IMG/VR virus record: IMGVR_UViG_3300048848_000108
Span: 1-37,683 of that record
Source: a virus
Taxonomy: Duplodnaviria > Caudoviricetes
Length of the DNA: 37,683 bases
Direction: 5' to 3' (one strand)
Each line of letters begins with the position of its first letter. The stretch's first letter is position 1. Positions 34,049 to 37,683 of this stretch are shown in pieces. Position numbers and translations under genes: made by a program. The notes beneath the pieces were generated by a model that saw nothing but the letters and a program-made list of their open reading frames with translations, ran no database searches and had not been told where the DNA came from.

Positions 34049-35328
34049 TGAACTTGAACCTGTTTCGCCGTGGCAAGTCCGCGCCGGCCGCGCCCGATGA
34101 CGTTAATCTCGAAAATCCGCGGGTTTCGGTCTCCGATGAGAACATTATCCAGTTCGTCGGGCTTGGTGACATGTCCGCAAGTGGCGAGCCTGTCACGATC
34201 GACTCCGCACTTGGCGTCCCGCCAGTCTGGTCGGCCGTCAACTTCCTTTCGGGAACGCTCGCTGCGCTGCCTCTTCACCTCTATCAGAGGTCGGGAAAGA
34301 CGCGGAAGAAAGCGACAACGCCTCTAGCTCGGCTGTTGCACGACAATATCAGCGCCGAATGCACGTCCTTCGACTGGCGAAAGCACCTTTTCGAGCAGGT
34401 TTTCACGGGCGGCCGGTCCTATACCTACATCGTCGAGAACGGGAATGGCGAGATCATCGAGCTTCTGCCGATGGACCCGACCAAGACAAAGGTGAGGCGG
34501 ATTAAGGGCCGAAAGGTCTATGAATATCGAGGTAACGGAGAGGCCGTCACCTATCCCGCTGCGAAGGTCATCGACATCCCGTTTATGCTCAAGCCGGACG
34601 GGATCGGTCACCGATCGCCCATCCTATCAAGCAAAGACACGATAGGGTTAGCGCAAGCCGTTACGAAATACGGCTCTAAATTCTTCCAGAATGGCGGCAT
34701 CCCGCCATTCACGATCACGGGGCCTTACAAGTCGCCGGGGGCAATCAGCCGGGCCGGCGACGACATGACGGATGCCGTAAGGGCGGCAACCGCAAAGCGT
34801 TCGCTGGCGCTGGCGGTTCCAAACGGTCACGAGATCAAGTCTATCGGGGCCGATCCGGAGAAAACGCAGCTTATCGAGGTCAAGCGCTTCATCGTCGAGG
34901 AAATCGCGCGGATCTATTCGCTACCGCCCGTTTTCTTGCAGGATCTTTCGCGCGGCACGTTCTCCAACACCGAACAGCAAGATTTGCAGCTGGTGAAACA
35001 CACGCTGACCCGTTGGGCCGTGCAGTTTGAGCAGGAATTGAACCTGAAGCTGTTCGGACCGAACAACAATAAGTTCTTTGTCAAGCTCAACCTCGACGGC
35101 CTACTTCGCGGTGACTTCAAAACCCGCATGGAAGGCTACGCCAAAGCCATTCAGTCCGGCCATCTGACGCCAGATGAGACGCGCGAAGTCGAGGACCGGC
35201 CGTTGATGGGCGGCGAGGCCGAAAAGCTTCACATGCAAGGCGCGATGCTGCCGATCGACATGCTTGGCAAGGTCAAGCCGGCGACCAACTCACCAAAGGA
35301 AGAAGGAATCGATGACGACAAAACGTGA
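34048..35328 (+). CDS. Portal protein (HK97 family)
   Basis: EIARIYSLPP, TFSNTEQQ, FEQELNLKLF, GLLRGDFKTR and TPDETR motifs. Confidence 0.96.
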   Translation: MNLNLFRRGKSAPAAPDDVNLENPRVSVSDENIIQFVGLGDMSASGEPVTIDSALGVPPVWSAVNFLSGTLAALPLHLYQRSGKTRKKATTPLARLLHDNISAECTSFDWRKHLFEQVFTGGRSYTYIVENGNGEIIELLPMDPTKTKVRRIKGRKVYEYRGNGEAVTYPAAKVIDIPFMLKPDGIGHRSPILSSKDTIGLAQAVTKYGSKFFQNGGIPPFTITGPYKSPGAISRAGDDMTDAVRAATAKRSLALAVPNGHEIKSIGADPEKTQLIEVKRFIVEEIARIYSLPPVFLQDLSRGTFSNTEQQDLQLVKHTLTRWAVQFEQELNLKLFGPNNNKFFVKLNLDGLLRGDFKTRMEGYAKAIQSGHLTPDETREVEDRPLMGGEAEKLHMQGAMLPIDMLGKVKPATNSPKEEGIDDDKT

Positions 35329-35896
35329 AGTCCGCAGCGGTACGCCGGCCGAAGTGAGGGCCGAAGGCGACACGATCAAGGTTGGCGGTTATGCCGCTGT
35401 CTTCAATGAGCGGACGGACATCGGTGGCAGCTTTATCGAGGTAATCGAGCCGGGCGCATTTACCGAAGCGATCGGCCGAGACGATGTCGTTTTCCTGATC
35501 AACCATGACGGCCTGCCTTTGGCGCGAACCCGGTCCGGAACCCTTAAGCTGACGGAAGATGCCAAGGGCCTCCTGATCGAGGCGGAACTAGATCCGGAAG
35601 ATCCGGACGTTCGATCGATCGTCCCGAAGATGAAGCGCGGCGACCTCGATAAGATGTCTTTCGCCTTCTATCCCGATCACGTCGAGTGGGACGACACGAA
35701 AGATCCGCCAGTTCGCAGCATCAAAAAGGTTCGCCTTTACGATGTGTCGATCGTCACGACGCCTGCATACGACGGGACCGATATCGGTCTGCGGTGCTTG
35801 CAGGAATTTCGCGCAAAAGCGCAGGACACTCATTCCGCCGGTAGCGTTGAAATCAGACGCCGGCTGAAGGCCAAGCTCGCCCGGCTCTTGGGCTGA
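35312..35896 (+). CDS. Prohead protease (HK97 family)
   Basis: GYAAVFN, EVIEPGAF, LINHD, MSFAF and DVSIVTTPAY motifs. Confidence 0.95.
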   Translation: MTTKREVRSGTPAEVRAEGDTIKVGGYAAVFNERTDIGGSFIEVIEPGAFTEAIGRDDVVFLINHDGLPLARTRSGTLKLTEDAKGLLIEAELDPEDPDVRSIVPKMKRGDLDKMSFAFYPDHVEWDDTKDPPVRSIKKVRLYDVSIVTTPAYDGTDIGLRCLQEFRAKAQDTHSAGSVEIRRRLKAKLARLLG

Positions 35897-35953
35897 CACT
35901 CGCCTAAGCGGCACTGACGCCGCCAAGCACTTCAAAACATCGAAGGAACTACA

Positions 35954-37237
35954 ATGACCGTACAGCTCCGCGAGCTGCGCGAGAAGCGCGCTAATGTCAT
36001 CGCAAATGCTCGGGCTAAGCTCGACGAAATCAAAACCGAAACGCCGGCCGAACGCGCGGCCGAGATCGAGCGTGAAGCCGATGCCATGTTGGCTGAAGTT
36101 GATACGCTCGATGCCAAGATCGAGCGCGCACAGAAGCTCGTCGATTTGGAAGAGCGCGGCCGGGCACCTGATCCGCGCCGTCCTATTCCGGACGATGTGA
36201 ACGACGATGAGCCCGAAGGTCGCGGCGCTGAAAACGATCAGGAATATCGTGAGGTATTCTCGCGCGTCCTGCGCTTCGGCGCTCACGAGCTGACGCCGGA
36301 AGAACGCGGCATTCTGATGCGCAACCGTCTCAATCTGACGCGCGAAATGCGTGCGCAGGCGGTCGGTGACTCTGCCGCCGGCGGTTATACTGTTCCGCAG
36401 GGCTTTGCCGGCAACATCGATCAGACCATTCAGACCTGGGGTCCGATGTGGGATGGTAATATCGTCGAAGAGATGACGACTGCGACCGGCAACCGCATTC
36501 CCTATCCGACTGTCGATGACACGGATCACGAGGCGGGTGACAAGGCCGAAAACGCGCCGGCGAAAGACGATGGTTCGGATGATGTCGAGTTCGATGCCAA
36601 GTACCTCGACGCCTACATGACCTCGACCGGTATTGTCCGCATCTCTCTTGAGCTGCTGCAAGACTCCGGTTTTGACATGGAAAAGCTGCTCAAGAATATC
36701 TTCGGTGAGCGCATGGGCAAGCGGGCGAACCGCCGCCTGACGGTCGGGACCGGAGAAGACCAGCCGACCGGTATCGTGACAGCGTCTGGCCTCGGCAAGG
36801 CCGCCGCTGCGGCCGATGCGTTGACCGCTGATGAGCTGATCGACCTGTTCCATTCTGTTGACGCTGGCTATCGTCAGTCTCCGAAATGCCGCTGGCAGTT
36901 CAACGACAAGACGCTTGGCACTATCCGCAAGCTGAAGGACGGGCAGGGCAACTATCTCTGGCAGATGGGCGACGTTCGCGCGGCTGCTCCGGATCTCATT
37001 TCGGGCAAGCCTTACTCGGTCAACAACGCAATGGCCGATATCGCGGCCGGCTCCAAGCCGATCATCTTCGGGGATCACAGCCGCTACATCGTCCGCAAGG
37101 TCGGCGGGTTCTCGGTCATGACGCTGCGCGAGCGTTTTGCCGAAAACCTTCAGGTCGGCATGATCGGCTTTGCCCGGTTCGACGGCGAGCTTTTGAACGA
37201 CAAGGCCGTGAAGCATCTCAAGATGAAGGCCGCTTAA
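35954..37237 (+). CDS. Major capsid protein (HK97 fold with N-terminal delta domain)
   Basis: Coiled-coil N-terminus; GGYTVP, ISLELLQDS, GTGEDQPTG, KLKDGQGNYLW and FGD motifs. Confidence 0.96.
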   Translation: MTVQLRELREKRANVIANARAKLDEIKTETPAERAAEIEREADAMLAEVDTLDAKIERAQKLVDLEERGRAPDPRRPIPDDVNDDEPEGRGAENDQEYREVFSRVLRFGAHELTPEERGILMRNRLNLTREMRAQAVGDSAAGGYTVPQGFAGNIDQTIQTWGPMWDGNIVEEMTTATGNRIPYPTVDDTDHEAGDKAENAPAKDDGSDDVEFDAKYLDAYMTSTGIVRISLELLQDSGFDMEKLLKNIFGERMGKRANRRLTVGTGEDQPTGIVTASGLGKAAAAADALTADELIDLFHSVDAGYRQSPKCRWQFNDKTLGTIRKLKDGQGNYLWQMGDVRAAAPDLISGKPYSVNNAMADIAAGSKPIIFGDHSRYIVRKVGGFSVMTLRERFAENLQVGMIGFARFDGELLNDKAVKHLKMKAA

Positions 37238-37252
37238 CTTCGGTTTCGCGTG

Positions 37253-37277
37253 GCGGGCGGCGACAGTCGCCCGCTTT
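37253..37277 (+). terminator. Hairpin / weak terminator after the capsid gene
   Basis: GCGGGCGGC-GACA-GTCGCCCGC-TTT. Confidence 0.55.
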
Positions 37278-37299
37278 CGAAACCGATGGAGAACCCCCA

Positions 37300-37536
37300 A
37301 TGAAAATCAAACTTCTTGTGTCTCGCTGCGGGCCTACCGTGAGCGACAACGCCGGCGATGAAATCGACGTTCCGGACGATACGGCGCATGATATGTGCGA
37401 GAGCGTCCCGCCGCAGGCCGTCTATGTCGATCCTTCGCAGGCTCGCGAGACTGCCGTTCCCCCAAAGCCGAAGCCGACAGCCGCGCCAAAGCCGGAAAAG
37501 ACGGTAAAGCCTAAGCCCGAAAAGAGGGTCGCGTGA
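37300..37536 (+). CDS. Small head-associated protein (78 aa)
   Basis: GGAG RBS; MKIKLL...AGDEIDVPDDTA with a Pro/Lys-rich tail; lies between the capsid and connector genes. Confidence 0.7.
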   Translation: MKIKLLVSRCGPTVSDNAGDEIDVPDDTAHDMCESVPPQAVYVDPSQARETAVPPKPKPTAAPKPEKTVKPKPEKRVA

Positions 37537-37556
37537 TGTGGGCCGGCGTTTCAGTA

Positions 37557-37683
37557 TTGGAGCGGCCGGCCGCGACTGCCCTTGTTCCGCTCCCAACGCT
37601 CAAACGTTGGCTCTACATCGAGCATTCCGCCGATGATGAGCTTTTGGAGCGGTTCTTGCGCGGCGCGATCGCCCGTATCGACG
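37557..37683 (+). repeat. 127-bp terminal overlap identical to bases 1-127 (circular assembly)
   Basis: Exact match from TTGGAGCGGCCGG to ...GTATCGACG. Confidence 0.95.

Larger units (their letters stand above)
1..37683. mobile_element. Complete circular temperate siphovirus / phage-plasmid genome (37,556 bp unique)
   Basis: Head, tail, lysis, immunity, replication and partition modules are all present, with no host housekeeping genes. The ends overlap by 127 bp and the gene spanning the junction reads in frame. Confidence 0.93.

Noticed and set aside
36886-37299. N-terminal extension of the 216-aa ORF overlapping the capsid gene (possible capsid frameshift product)
   Set aside because: I recognised no slippery site near the capsid stop, and the downstream part has its own GGAG RBS and ATG at 37300.
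35588-37300. 570-aa antisense ORF opposite the capsid gene (likewise 6998-8332, 14299-15225, 4591-5271, 22963-23628)
   Set aside because: These are shadow ORFs from high-GC codon bias opposite well-supported genes, with no recognisable motifs.
37557-37683. 127-bp terminal direct repeat as a biological terminal repeat or att site
   Set aside because: It falls in the middle of the head-tail connector gene and its length equals a common assembler k-mer (127), so it is a circularisation overlap.
1-37683. N15-like linear phage-plasmid, gene transfer agent, diversity-generating retroelement, or tRNA genes
   Set aside because: I saw no protelomerase or long telomere palindrome, no reverse transcriptase or template/variable repeat pair, and no tRNA cloverleaf. 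The genome has its own replication and immunity modules, unlike a GTA.

Overview
This window is an essentially complete circular genome of 37,556 bp (bases 37557-37683 repeat bases 1-127, an assembly overlap). It is a temperate HK97-like siphovirus, probably of a Rhizobiaceae host; the host is inferred from high GC, an alphaproteobacterial LexA box and a pTAR-like ParA. It has a full head module (HNH, TerS, TerL, portal, protease, capsid), a long non-contractile tail with a lambda-type -1 frameshifted chaperone, a lysis cassette and a cI/cro switch. It has no integrase and no protelomerase. In their place is a plasmid module: Rep with a predicted antisense ctRNA, parA/parB with ten centromere-like repeats at an exact 17-bp period, and a resolvase with a res site. 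It is therefore most likely a circular phage-plasmid. The most novel element is a lower-GC accessory gene (18485-19624) that fuses a TIR domain to an RsiV/PdaC-like (DUF4163/DUF3298) lysozyme-binding-type domain with no signal peptide, a candidate one-gene anti-phage system that senses an invading phage's lysozyme. Other notable items are a LexA-boxed Zn-finger gene convergent on cI (candidate SOS antirepressor), a moron flanked by a duplicated terminator, a NusG paralog standing in for Q, and PAPS-reductase-like and methyltransferase genes. All family assignments come from motif recognition and synteny; no database searches were run.
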